DNA from: Nematostella vectensis
Taxonomy: Eukaryota
NCBI RefSeq assembly: GCF_932526225.1
Contig: NC_064037.1
Coordinates: forward strand, 3,248,996 to 3,312,995
Length of the DNA: 64,000 bases
Reading direction: 5' to 3'
Positions within the stretch are counted from its first letter, which is position 1. Each line of letters opens with the position of its first letter. A program made the position numbers and the translations under genes. Of this stretch, positions 41,901-56,900 are shown in pieces. The notes beneath the pieces are model-generated. The model was given only the letters and a program-made list of their open reading frames with translations. It was not told where the DNA came from and did not search any database.

Positions 41901-44900
41901 GATTGTGCCTTCAGCTTAAAGTTTTATTCGCAATCTTCGACTCATCGTGGTACAAGCCGACAACAGAGGGCAAAGTTTCCAGAACTAGAGTTCGCTGCAC
42001 GTGGAAACAGTCAGTGGTTATTTGAAGGCTTATGAATGGGGCATGGGTGTACGTAGCGGTGATCTGACAACTACTGAAGATATGAGTTGTAACAATCAGG
42101 GCCTTTTTGGTTGGCGCCATGAAACCCGTGTTTTACTTATTGTGCAAGCGACACAGCTCAAAACATTCCAAGTACCAGGTTCGTGTTCGCGTTAGGGAAG
42201 TTTGAAGTCACAGCAATGGGAAAAAATTATACCGAGCTCAAATTTACTTTGTTTAGGAACTTTTCCTTGCGCGATTAAGAAATACTTACCTAATTGAATT
42301 TGATTAAATTCAACACAATGTCACTCAAAATTATTAAAACGGTTCATTTAAATGTGTCAACCTCTTTTATTCGGAACTGCTAAAGGAATTTTAATGCCAA
42401 GACAAACACTGAAGTCAAAAACAATTTCTTGTGTGTTTTTATCCTACTAAACAGAGGTGTGTAATTCTCGAGAAATACTTGTTATCCTGCAGGTCTTGTT
42501 TTCTTTTCTTAGATTTACGGTCGAGTTGGGTATTTATGGAAGCTAAGTAGGTTCGCAATATTAACCATTTGAGGTATAGATATATCATCAAATGCATGAA
42601 ATTCAAGGAGTATTTGCTAAAGTTCAAGGTCAATTTTAAAGTAATATTTCTACTGAACGCCCGCAAATTGCCACTTGGTTGGTTTTAAAAGGTTTTTAAT
42701 ATTCATTGCTGAACAATAACTGATATTGTACTGTGCTTGACAAGTGCACCAAGAGTTAATGAGGACAACGAGAACAAAAAACTCTCTCTTTGAACAGTTA
42801 ATATCCTTGGTAATATTCATTCTTTATATATATACGAATATATACGAATAAACGAATGTTAATTGATCCATAGCATGACTCGAATGACTCGGTGCTTTTC
42901 GTGTGCGTGACATACCGCCATTCTCACCGATAACTAGACGGTCAGATAACGCGCGCGGTGATGGAATTGTGTATTTTAAGTTATCTTTACATTCGCGCAT
43001 TTTAAATGTATACAAAAAAGCCTAGAAATTCCAACACTCCTGTGGTGAGTAATCATGTGGCGGACTCCCTCTCAGGGTTGGGTTTGCCCTGTCTTATTAT
43101 CTCAGTATGTAAGCTCAGTAAGGATGCAGCAAGGGACGGGAATATTTTTATGGTCTTTTTGGAGAGGGGTTTGTATAGGAAATTGCTTTATGGGGGGGGG
43201 GGGGGAGGATTTGATGAAAAATATCCTTTCCTAATATGTCTTCCTCCCACAGGCTTTCCGGAGCACATGCCGTTTGGGGAGTTTCGGCGAAGGTTCGACG
43301 TGTTGGCGCCTGTGCAGTACAGGACCAGCGCAGGACCCGTGCTGGACGAGAAAAAGGTATCTCCTAGAAAACCTTCAAACTTGATACAGTCGAGAAAAAG
43401 GTATTTCCTAGAAATCCTTCCAAACATTTTACGGTCGTGTTATCCTTTATACAGGAACCAGGTCTGGATAAACTCTAATTTTGCTTAGTTAAACGAAGTA
43501 ATTTTATCGAAACTCAGTATTAACCGTTCAGTGGTAAATACTGCGATTTAGCCATTTATGTAATGTGCTATAAGTCTCTTAGCATTTAGTGGTATTTAAT
43601 TTGCTATTAGACCATTAGCATTCAGTGGTATTATATTCATGTTATGTGTCTCCAGGGCGTGGAGCTGTTGCTGAGCCATCTGGAGTTGGATCAGAGGAGC
43701 TACCGACTTGGACTTAGTCAGGTATTTTAGACGGCTTTTCTTCTGAGAAGATTTTGTTGCTGTGTTTTTTAGCGCTCTTTTGGTATGACTGTTAGCGAAA
43801 AGTAAACAAATAAGGATCCCGTTAAACCGAATCTATGAAGAAAATAGCAATGGTACAATTAGCAAGAAGAGAGAGTTGATTTGGAAAAGGAATCAACTGT
43901 TCAGCAGTCTCTATGTATTCATGAGTTACTCCCTTCGTTCAACCTATGTCAAGCGGCTGTTTATTATTTTCTTGGATTTACTCCTAAGTTTGTATATTTA
44001 TGGCGTGGATCTTGTTTTGGGCTTGTTCTCTGGCTCTAATCATGCGACTTTTATTATTGTCTTTGAATTAATTGATACGTTTGATTCCTGCATTGCGTAG
44101 ATCTTCTTCCGCGCGGGTTCGCTGGCACAGCTCGAGGATGCTCGCGACCAGAAGACGACAGGTACCATCGTCGAGTTGCAAGCTTACTGCCGCGGCTTCT
44201 TGGCCAGAAAACGACTCAAGAAGTTACAGGTAATGTGCAGCTTCCCCCCCATCCTCGATAGTCTCCTACGCAGACGCTCTGCCACGCGAAGTTTTGGGAG
44301 TCTGTGAACTGTACGATTATTCGGAGACGTCGGTGGCAACGCGAACAGAGCGAGGGAGATGGGCTGGGGGAGGGGGATGTCGGGGTAGAAATTCTTCCCT
44401 GTTTCAATCACAAATGTTGTTTATAGTTTGCTAAGAAAGCTAAAGCGCTATTATGTTCTGATTAAAATCTTTTCTCTTTTGTTTCCAGGTTCAGAACAAG
44501 GCCATGATATGTATCCAGAGAAATATTCGTAAGTTCATGGCTGTCAGGAGCTGGTCCTGGTGGAAGCTGTACACAAAGGTTAGTCACACAACCCTTCCCT
44601 CGGACTGATCTCGCTAGGGCCGACCCCAACCCGAGAGCATCTCGTACTGATATCGTTATCGCTGACCCTATCCCGAAAACATCTCGTACAATCTCGTTAT
44701 CGCCGACCCTATCCCGAAAAAAACTCGTATAGATCTCGTTATCGCCGACTCCATCCCGAAAACATCTCGTACTGATCTCGTTATCGCCGACCCCACCCTG
44801 AAAACATTTCGTACAGATCTCGTTATGGCCGACCCCATCCCGAAAACGTCTCGTACAGCCCTCGTTATCGCCGACCCCATCCCGAAAACATCTCGAGGCA

Positions 44901-47900
44901 ACCCCGATCATAGTGTTCGTTCGAATTGCTTGCAGGTTTTGCCTCTCTTGAATGTCCACCGCACCGAGGAAGAGCTCAAGTCTAAGTCAGTAAGTATCGT
45001 ATGACTAGAAAGACGGCAGATACAAATATCTAGTTGGCTTACGTAGGCGTGGTTGAATGGTGGGGAAAAGAAGTTTCAAAGAAATTTCTAACATTAGCCC
45101 TTCACTGGAACAGAGCCGACGAAGGGCTAACGCTCTAAGTGTCTGCGAAACTGCTCTTTTTACAGGAGGCGTTAAACGTACCACTTCAGCCTTGTGTTGA
45201 GCTCTTTCTCTTAGATTGGCTATGTTGATGATAATGAAATAAATCTCAAAACATTTTCACACCAGGCTATTTTTCTCAATAGTTTTCAATTTTCTCGATA
45301 GTTTTCAATTTTCGTGTTAACATCGTTCGGCTATTTTGCTCGATAGTTTTCAATTTTCGTGTTAACAGCGTTCGGCTATTTTGCTCGATAGTTTTCAATT
45401 TTCGTGTTAACAGCGTTCGGCTATTTTGCTCGATAGTTTTCAATTTTCGTGTTAACAGCGTTCGGCTATTTTGCTCGATAGTTTTCAATTTTCGTGTTAA
45501 CAGCGTTCGGCTATTTTGCTCGTTAGTTTTCAATTTTCGTGTTTACAGCGTTCGGCTATTTTGCTCGATAGTTTTCAATTTTCGTGTTAACAGCGTTTGG
45601 CTATTTTGCTCGATAGTTTCCAATTTTCGTGTTAACAGCGTTTGGCTATTTTGCTCGATAGTTTTCAATTTTCGTGTTAACAGCGTTTGGCTATTTTGCT
45701 CGATAGTTTTCAATTTTCGTGTTGACAGCGTTTGGCTATTTTGCTCGATAGTTTTCAATTTTCGTGTTAACAGCGTTCGGCTATTTTGCTCGATAATTTT
45801 CAATTTTCGTGTTAACAGCGTTCGGCTATATTGCTCGATAGTTTTCAATTTTCGTGTTAACAGCGTTCGGCTATTTTGCTCGATAGTTTTCAATTTTCGT
45901 GTTAACAGCGTTCGGCTATATTGCTCGATAGTTTTCAATTTTCGTGTTAACAGCGTTCGGCTATTTTGCTCGATAGTTTTCAATTTTCGTGTTAACAGCG
46001 TTCGGCACTTGATCGTGTCGTTTAAGCACTGTGAAAACATTCCCACCATAGCGCTATTTATCCATTATTTCCACCATAGCGCTATTTATCCATTATTTCC
46101 ACCATAGCGCTATTTATCCATTATTCCCACCATAGCGCTATTTATCCATTATTTCCACCATAGCGCTATTTATCCATTATTTCCACCATAGCGCTATTTA
46201 TCCATTATTTCCACCATAGCGCTATTTATCCATTATTTCCACCATAGCGCTATTTATCCATTATTTCACGTATGCATTGTTGTGTATCTTTGCGCGCGTA
46301 TACTTTAGTTAATTACAATTCACCCTCCCTCCCTTAGGGCGAAGTTGACATCCTGAAGGCGAAGGTCGCGAGGCTGGAAAACGAGAACAAAGAGCTGAAC
46401 GACGAAAACATGAAGCTCGAACAAAAGGTATGGTTTCCATGGAAACTGTTGCTAAGGTAGACAAAATTTGCCTGAAACTCAAATAGTTGCCGGATATCAT
46501 TTTGAAACCAGCTTATACAATGCTATGAAACACAAAGGTGTTTCGCGTTCCGATTTCATTGTTTCCCAATTTGAGTTTGACTCCTACCGAATAGAGCGTC
46601 GACCGTAGGCGAGGTGAAGTCAATTTACTGAGTGACTCCTTTTATCCCTCACTAGTCAAAACAGCGATTGTAAATATGATCAACCAATCAAAAACGTCAC
46701 ACGACTTGGGTACACGGCCAATCAGAGTTTGCGTATTACGGGCTTCCGCTTCCAGTATATGTATATAAATAACACTTCTCAAACAAAACCCGACGCAGAA
46801 TAAAATTTACCCCGCTTTATCTCGAATTTGGCGTTCATAGTAAGGCGACTTTTGAATGGTTTCCCCGGCTTCTGGGCGGTGAGTTTAGAAAATATTACAA
46901 CTAGGTGCAATACAAGGATGAAATCTGACAATGTCAATATGTGAAGACTCTTTATTCTTGGCGTCAATTGCGCTTGTTGGGCCAAATAGTGTGATTTCGT
47001 TGGTATTCTATTATTAATTGGGTTCTTAATTTTGTGGTGGGCTGTTGAGTAAATTTGTTAAAATATATATGTTTTGTAGCGAGGTCTGGAGTAAAGTATT
47101 TGTTTAAGTTGACATTCGTAGCAAAGTTAAGGAAAGTTGCGTTTTTATGTTTTACGAAATCTTTTTCTTTTGACACAGGAACCACAATCATCTGTGCCCC
47201 AAAAAAGAGGGAGTGATCTCTTTTCTGTACATAATTTCTCTTTAGAAATATGGGTTCTCCTTTTCAGCGCAGAAAATATTTTTTTCCAGACGCTTTATTC
47301 CTAAACGTATTTGAATAATGATGTTGGCTAGATTGTCTCTTTTCATGTGATCATTTCACAAACACGTGGCCGCTGCACCTGTGCCTCGCCTGAGTCGTTG
47401 CCTTTTAACAGCGTTTGGTCAGCTGCCATTATAAAAGCCACTCAGTCATATGAAGTATCCAATTGCATCGAGCGATCTGTGAGTTCCGGTGCATCATTAA
47501 TTTTTTTTTTTACCCATAATACCTCCATGATTTTTTGTATCGCTCGCAAATTCTTTTTTCTCTGTTAGAAATACACTTTTTTCCTTGTTAGAGAAACAAA
47601 GTTGTTTTAGAAAAACAAAGTTATTTAGCTTTTTTAGAGCATAGAACAGCACGCTCTCGTAATGAGAATATTAAAATCTTGAGAATCTTGTCCGGTAGGT
47701 GTCCGAATTATCGGTCCAGCTGTCCGAGGATCGCGCCGCCGCCAACCATGCGAGCCAGATGCTGGAACAAGAGACCATGGAGAGGATGAGACTTGAGGTG
47801 CAGCTACAAGAGATACAGGTAAAACCCGATTACCCAGTCAAACTGGTTATGAAATACATATTCCTTATAAGCACCTGTAAGACCTGAGGTGCGGCGTCAA

Positions 47901-50900
47901 GAAATACAGGTAAAACCCGATTACCCAGTCAAACTGGTTATGAAATACATACCCCTTAAAAGCACCCATTACACTCAAAAAGAGAGCTCTCCCATATGTC
48001 AATGTTTTCGTCACTTTTATATGTTATCCTTACTTTGCACTTTTCCCCGCCCTGAGTTAATTTTCTCGAGAAGTCGGAAAAAAACTAAACAGTTATAAGG
48101 TCAGATCTCTTCTCTTTGCTATTACGATACGTTTTGCTGTTACGAAACTATTATGATGCGTTATGCTGTTGTGAGAGTCTCTAGATCAGAAGAACAGATC
48201 CCTCTCCATGTTGCACTGATCCTTTACTATACACATCTATTGCAGGAGTCTCTTGACGAGATCAAGAAGAAGAAAGAACAGCTGGAGGTCGAGCTGCTTG
48301 AGGCCAAAGCGCTCGTGTCCACTTCTGCGCGGCGGGGAGAAGCACGACTACTTCAGGCTGAGAAGAGTGAGAGGTTCGCGGGAGAAGGTGCCTCTGACGA
48401 TGAGGACTTTGAAGAGGAAGGTAAAGGAACGCAGTACTAGGGCATGTACTACATCTTACAATAGGACGACATCCCCTGCGGGCCTCAAGAAGAAGTCTTC
48501 ACGTCTTGCTCAAAAGAAGGAGGATATGAAACTACTGCTGGAAGAGTTATTTACTAAAAATTACCCCAATCCAACGATACATCCCAATATTGTCATATAA
48601 AACAAATTCATCTACCGACTAGGCATTGCGTTCGGCAAGTTAAGAGGGTGTGTTGTTTAAGGTTAATTTTTTTATTGCCTCAAAATTATATCGTAAAACT
48701 GTATCATATTATATGATATTTACAAAGCCCCATGCCATGCGTCATTTTTCTTTAGATTGTGTTACATCCTGTGTTTTGCATAGAGCACTCTTACTGAATT
48801 CCATGAATGAGTGAGGCGTGACAAGGTGTTTGTATTGCGTTACAGAGGAGTACTACCGTGAACGTTACCTCCAGGCGTCACGCGAGCATGAGCAACTGCG
48901 CAAAAAGCTCCAGAGTCAAGCTGAGAAGGAGATGGAGGAGGTCCTTAACCAGAAGAGAATCGTAGAAAGAAAGGTGCGCACAAATCTTAAAATCAATATT
49001 ATTTATTGTATATTGTTGTCGGAATGCAGAATAGCGTTCTTAGTGTTTTGCTAATATTGTATCAGTCTGTTTGTAACCCTTTCATTCCCAAACTTCTTTA
49101 GTTGGCAGAGGAGCAGTCAGAGAATGACGAGCTCCATCGCCAGATGGCGGGCCTCAAGAAGAAGTCCTCACGTCTTGCACAGGAGAAGGAGGATATGAAA
49201 CTACTGCTGGAAGAGGAACAAACCAGAAACACAGACCTCGAGAAGAAACAGAGAAAGTAAGTTAACCCTAACAAAATCTAGTAGGATCTCCTGAGAAGCA
49301 GACGTTTCTATGTTGAGCTACTCCAGAAATCACTGTTTAGGGCACACATTTTTGTTTCTGACCTATAAAACAAACATGTGCTCTAACTATAAATAAGATT
49401 CGTTAATGTTTCTAAGCTCAGCCACCCACGAAAATGTTGTTCGGGACCCAAGAAATGTTTCTGTCCTGTTTCAGAGCCATGGGGCATTCTTGCTTCAACT
49501 TATTCGTCCTCTGACAAAACACTTATAAACGAAATAAACAGATGTAAAGAAAACAAACATCTCAACCTTTTATTTTATTTTAAGGTTTGACATTGAATCG
49601 AATCACATGAAGCAGGAAGTCGAACATGAGCGAATGCTGAAGGATAAGATCAATCGCGAGAAAAAGAAATTCCAGGCAGACAAATACCGTCTTGAGCAGG
49701 AGCTGGATCAAGTCCAGGAAGACCTGGACCGCGCTACCAAGGACAAGCACAAGCTGGAGCAAGACCTGCTGGAGTTTTCCAAGGAACCGGGCGGCGAGGT
49801 TAACGCTGATGTAGGTCTTACCTCCTTCTGTAATTTATATGCGCGCTAGGTTGCACAAAAGGCTGTGACACGGGTGGCCTGCACTGTCCCCTTACGCCTC
49901 CAGATGTTCAAATACTTGCTGAAGTTGAAGTCTTGTGTCTTAAAGCTGCTTTACACTAATCCCAAGCAAGGAATGTAGAAGGAAAATTAGTCGGGGGTTT
50001 GATAAACTCCTGGCAGTTAACACCTTTTATGTCACTGCATATTTACAATATATACATGGGGTACGGTAATTTAAGTTCGTTGTGTTGTGACTTCAGCCTT
50101 GTTGCCTAGGCATATTATTAGAGCTTGCCCACCTTAATCTTGTTCATTATCTTGTCGCAGGCCGTTGCTCTGAAGCGCCAGATCCGCGAGCTCGAACAGA
50201 AGGTACAAGACCAGGAGGAGGAGTTGGACGAACAGGCAGGGCAGATCCAGATACTGGAACAGGTACGTGTTAGACCCAGTAGTATAGAAATAAGGATAGG
50301 TGTGTGTTAGACCCAGTAGTATAGAAATAAGGATAGGTGTGTGTTAGACCCAGTAGTATAGAAATAAGGATAGGTGTGTGTTAGACCCAGTAGTATAGAA
50401 ATAAGGATAGGTGTGTGTTAGACCCAGAAGGGTAGACCCAGAAACAAGAATAGGTGTGTTATACCCAGAAGGGTAGATACGGAAACAAGAATAGGTGTGT
50501 TATACCCAGAAGGGTAGATACAGAAACAAGAATAGGTGTGTTATACCCAAAAGGGTAGACCCAGAAACAAGAATAGGTGTGTTATACCCAGAAGGGTAGA
50601 CCCAGAAACAAGAATAGGTGTGTTATACCCAGAAGGGTAGATACAGAAACAAGAATATGTACTAAGTACGTTTGACCTTTTCTCGCTTTTGTTTTAAACC
50701 TTTTCCAAAACTATCAATCCATAACGATATTGATGAGTAATACAGAAGTTGAGTTGTTTTGTTCACTTGGTGATACCAAACTTTGTACCCTTGAATGGCT
50801 GCGTATTGACTAACACACCGCTTTCCCTTGAATGGCTGGCTCTAATGCCTTGACTTACCCGTTTTCAGACGAAGTTGCGCCTGGAGATGGCTGGCGAGCG

Positions 50901-53900
50901 TGACAAGCAGTTGATCAGTAAGGAGCTTGAGGCCAAGGAAGAGGAACTCGAGGAAGTACGCTATAGCATGCAGAAAAAGGTGAGGCGCTATCGATAGCCG
51001 AAGTGTCAGGCCCGTTTATCCTTCCCTATGAAGTACATAAGGTGAACCAAAAAAAGAAGGCCTGATACAAATACTGTGAAATATTCAGGTTCGGGATCCT
51101 ATTATTGGCTGAAAAGTAAAAGTAGTTGAAAAGCGACGCTCTGGACGTATGGATGCTTTGAAAGCTGCCGTGGTATTACGGACACGAGTCCTTATATTAC
51201 GGTCATGAGTCGTATTTATTAATTTATTAGACAGAACAGAAGGTTGTCCATGTAGAAGACAAATCCTTTTAACTTTTACGCCACACGTGCGTGTTAGAGA
51301 CGTATGGGTTGGGTATTGATTGTATTGTTGTGTCATCAGATCAAGCAGTTAGAGGCACAGCTAGAGGAGGAATACCAAGAGAAGACCTCAGCCATCAAGG
51401 TGAGTGCTAATAGCTGCTAATCACCGCCAGGCATTCAGTCTCTTGCATTCGTTGCCCAAATATTAGTTTCGCGAAAATTTCTGTTATGCAAGACATACGA
51501 CAGCTCGAGATCTGAACATACTTGTTTTGTCTTGGTATAGCGTGTAGAATTGACCGACCTTAATCGACCATCTAAATCAATCAATGACGTTCATGTTTTT
51601 ACTGTCACAGCACGAAAAAGTATTGGTTAATGGCGTGTCACTTTTAAAAACCGATGTAACTTAGCTGTGACTTATTACCTTTTTGTCGCAACATGATGCA
51701 TGAATGAAACCTCCTTTTAGAGGTTTGCTATTTAAAATGTCCCGATGGTCATATGTACCTCACCCTTTAGGCCAAGCGTGACATCGAGCGGCGTATCGAG
51801 GAATTGCGTGACCAATTCGCGCGTGGTGACGCAGAGACTGAGCGGAGGTTGCGCCGCGAGCTGAAGCGAACAAAAGCACTATTGCGTGACGCACAGACCG
51901 TGATTGACACCCAGGAGCAAAAGCTCAAAGACAGGAATCAAATGAAGGCGCTCAAGGACAGACTCGAGGACCTGGAGCTTGAGGCCCACAACGCCAATAA
52001 GTCCAAGAAGAAGGTGGAGGTGGAGCTAGCAGAGGTTCAGGCCCAGTTGGATCTAACCACAAAGGGAAAGATTGAGGTATGACCTGATACCTGGATATCT
52101 GAAAAACATAGATCTTATTTTCCATAGAGAGAGGGGTGGGAGTAGGGTGGGGATGGGCTTGCTGGAGGATTTAGCGGCTCTTCTGCGGTAGTGACCTTTG
52201 GGAGCGCCCACAAAGTACGCTGGATCCTCGAGCATGGGGGGATGATGGGTAGAGCTTTTGTACATCGAAGGGCAAAAATCTATCCACTGAGGTAGGAATT
52301 AGGTATGATTCTAAAGTGTTATCGCTAAAGCTTTACACTCATTGTAAGAACAAATATTTTGCTCCTTTTGTATCCCTACAACTTATTATTTTGGATTTTT
52401 AAAGTTTGAGAATAAATACTTCGCCGTGATGAAAGAAAACACAGAGCTACAAAGCCGTGTGGACGAAGACGAGGAAGACATTGAGAATTTGGAGACCAAG
52501 AACAGGCAACTTCTAAAAGAGGTTAGGGCAAATATATAACTCATTATTTGCATTAATAATCTTCATCATCGTCAACAACATCATCATCACCATATCTAAG
52601 TCATCGTCATAAAAACCACCATCAGCGAGATTAACCTGTCCATCATCCTTATTATGAACATACCAGCAACTTCTAACATCTTCTAACTCGTAATCGTCCC
52701 TTGCAGTTGTCGTTGTCGAAGGACATGCTTCGTGAGCACCAGCATCAGCTACAAGACCTGACCATAGAGAAGGAAGAGCTGGAGGCGAAAGTGATGCACA
52801 TGGCGTCACGTCTAGCTTACCTGGAAGAGTCCACGGTGGATAAGACTAAGCTCAGTACCATGGACAGCAAGGTAACCCACCCTACAATGCACCTACCAGC
52901 CCCACCCTACCTACACCTACACCTACCACCCTCACCCTACCCTACAATACATCTACTAACCCCACCCTACCCTATAATACACCTACCAACCCCACCCTAC
53001 CCTAAAATACACCTACCAACCCAACCCTACCCTATAATACACCTACCAACCCAACCCTACCCTATAATGCACCTACCAACCCCACCCTACCCTATAATAC
53101 ACCTACCAGCCCCACCCTACCCTATAATACACCTACCAACCCCACCCTACCCTATAATGCACCTACCAACCCTACCCTACCCTATAATACACCTACCAAC
53201 CCAACCCTACCCTATAATGCACCTACCAACCCCACCCTACCCTATAATACACCTACCAACCCAACCCTACCCCTACATACACTTACCAACCCCGCCCTAC
53301 CCTATAATACACCTACCAACCCAACCCTACCCCTACCTACACTTACCAACCCCGCCCTACCCTATAATACACCTACCAACCCAACCCTACCCCTACCTCT
53401 ACTTACCAACCCCGCCCTACCCTATAATACTCCTACCAACCCAACCCTACCCCTACCTACACTTACCAACCCCGCCCTACCCTATAATACACCTACCAAC
53501 CCAACCCTACCCCTACCTACACTTACTAGCCCCGCCCTACCCCTACACTTACCAAACTTGCCCAAGCGCTACCTACACTTACCAAACCCGCCCTACCCTA
53601 CCCCCATGAACCTAACCCTACTCACCCCTCCCAATCCTGCCTTACCCACTCCCCGCCTACCAACCCTACCCCATCACCCTACATCAAATCATTACTTTCC
53701 CTCTCTCCCCTACGTGGACTCACTTTTCCCTGCCCCGCTCTTATTCGATTGGGCCATGCATCCGTTTCACATACCGGAAACTCTTATGTTATGTTCGCAT
53801 GATCTCTTGTCTATATTTCTCTTCTCGAAAGTTCTCTTTTTTTCTCTTTCTTTCTCTCAGGCACGATATATTTTTTTCTCAACTTTAAGTAGTTCCCATT

Positions 53901-56900
53901 GTTTTATATCTAGATGAAAGAACTCGAGACGAAACTGGACTTCGAAGGATCCTTCAAGAAACGGCAAGATGTAAGAAGCATCAGCAAGACTTCTTTACAA
54001 AAGAGTGTCGATCAACAGCACCTTTATTATTGTTTACAATTGACAATACATTGGTTTATTTGCATGAAAACTTCAAAATGTCCAGTTAAGATTAAAGTTG
54101 CTTAAACTAGCCGATAGAAATGAATTATTTCGGTGTGTCGGTATTGTGCTGGTGGGAGTGTAAAATGGTGACGTGATTGGTCTTTTTTAAACTCGAAGAG
54201 CTCATCGGGTGTGGACGCAATCTAAGGGGTAATTTTTGGTTCGAGTGGAGCGACGGTTGACGTTATCTGATCTTGTCTTAAGACGCAAGTAGCGCATTAT
54301 CTGATCTTGTCTTAAGACGCAAGTGACGCATCATCTGATCTTGTCTTAAGACGCAAGTAGCGCATTATCTGATCTTGTCTTAAGACGCAAGTAACGCATT
54401 ATCTGATCTTGTCTTAAGATGCAAGTAACGCATTATCTGATCTTGTCTTAAGACGCAAGTAACGCATCATCTGATCTTGTCTTAAGACGCAAGTAACGCA
54501 TTATCTGATCTTGTCTTAAGACGCAAGTGACGCATTATCTGATCTTGTCTTAAGACGCAAGTAACGCATTATCTGATCTTGTCTTAAGACGCAAGTAACG
54601 CATTATCTGATCTTGTCTTAAGACGCAAGTAACGCATTATCTGATCTTGTCTTAAGATGCAAGTAACGCATTATCTGATCTTGTCTTAAGACGCAAGTGA
54701 CGCATTATCTGATCTTGTCTTAAGACGCAAGTAACGCATTATCTGATCTTGTCTTAAGACGCAAGTAACGCATTATCTGATCTTGTCTTAAGACGCAAGT
54801 AACGCAATATCTCATTTTGTCCTAAGATGCAAGTAACGCATTATCTGATCTTGTCTTAAGGCGCAAGTAACGCAATATCTCATTTTGTCCTAAGATGCAA
54901 GTGACGCATTATCTGATCTTGTCTTAAGACGCAAGTATCGCATTATCTGATCTTGTCTTAAGACGCAAGTAACGCATTATCTGATCTTGTCTTAAGACGC
55001 AAGTAACGCATCATCTGATCTTGTCTTAAGACGCAAGTAACGCATTATCTGATCTTGTCTTAAGACGCAAGTGACGCATTATCTGATCTTGTCTTAAGAC
55101 GCAAGTAACGCATTATCTGATCTTGTCTTAAGACGCAAGTAACGCAATATCTCATTTTGTCCTAAGATGCAAGTAACGCATTACCTGATCTTGTCTTTAG
55201 ATGCAAGTAACGCATTATCTGATGTTGTTTTTAGATGCAAGTGACGCGGTTAAAGGAGCAAGTTCAGAGATTGCAAGACGAACGAGATGATGGTCAGCTA
55301 CGAGAAACCAAACTTCAGCAAGAAAATACGAGGTAGTTACTCTGGTACTAGGTACAAAACCCAACACATTACAAAACATGACTAAGGCTAGATATGTAAG
55401 AAGGTGATGAGGACCAGCTTACGAGAAACCGAACGACAGCAAAAAAATAACAGTGGGTTACCGTAGTGGTTACACACTTAGGACACCTTGAAAAAAACAC
55501 ACACACACAACACAAAACTAAGCTAGATCTAGAGCGTAAAAGAAAAAAGGGAAGCCGTCCAGTTACAGAGATACTAGGCTATTAGCGCTATGCAAGGCGA
55601 GTATTTATGAGAAGGGAAGCCGTCCAGTTACATAGATACTAGGCTATTAGCGCTATGCAAGGCGAGTATTTATGAGAAGGGAAGCCGTCCAGTTACAGAG
55701 ATACTAGGCTATTAGCGCTATGCAAGGCGAGTATCTATGAGAGAGGGATGAACCGGCAAGCACGACACTACGCAAGTCTCTGTTTTGTTATAGCGTCACA
55801 AGTGTGAATGTATGTGCGTATTGTTTGACAAATCAGGACTGAGTTATGCTGTCTTGTAGATACGAGCGCCAGATGCGTGAGATGCGTGAAGAGATGAGCG
55901 CCTTGGAGAAACGCGAGGAGGACATGAGGAAGAGAAAATCGGAAGTGGTGAGTAAAAAACCTTGTTATCGCTAAAATCACCATAAGGTTCACAATTATAA
56001 ACAACATGACCGTCTTTACCAGGGTAATCACCAGCATCGTCATTTTGAACATTTCTGTCATCGTCAACAGTATCGGCATAATTATTACAACTCATGCCTC
56101 GTCATCACCTTCTTCCGGCAAATGTGGAATTATCTGTTGGCAAATTTGGAATCATCTGTGGGCAAATGTGGGATCATCTGTCGGCAAATGTGGAATCATC
56201 TGTCGGCAAATGTGGAATCATCTGTGTTCTATCCTTCCACAACAAGAATTGAACGATATGGAAATGCTAAAGTCCAAATCCCGTAACTTGTTTTCTTCGC
56301 GTGTTTCTAGGAGGGTGAGATTGAGAACCTGGAAGCCCAGTTATCCCTGTCCAAACAAGAGCTCAACCTGAGTAAAAAACGCGTGGCGGAGCTTCAGCGA
56401 GCCTTAGAAGACGACATGCTCGACTCAGATGGCATCGACGACTCCGACCTCAGCGATGGCGACCTCGATATAACGCTAGAAACAGCCTCCCGCGGTCCGT
56501 CTGAGCCGCGCTCATACCGGTCACTGGAGGACTTGGACGACGATAGTGATCTGCAGGTGAATTCCAGAGACGCGCAACTATTTTATGTGTAAATTCATCT
56601 CTACTGCTAATAATAGTTATCTCTTCTAATTATAATTCAATTAATATATATTACATGAGCGTGAATAACCGCGAATAATTAGGGAAAGGAACTAATTAAG
56701 CGGACAATTGAATTATTCGCACGAAAATTTAATAAGTATGTTCGCTAGGAGAAGTATATGTGCATATGACCAAGTTTGGGAGACAAGAAGGACAATAACC
56801 TGTTCATGTATGAAATGTATACGACATGACTCAAGTCACACTAGTGGTCTATCATCAATGCTGCATTCTGATTGGCTGACCTACTTATGGCTATAAGTTA

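Noticed and set aside
52701-53609. 302-aa Pro/Tyr-rich ORF extending from MYO18 exon 32
   Set aside because: Only the first 57 codons are exon 32. The rest is the 30-bp intronic array that follows the GT donor at 52872.
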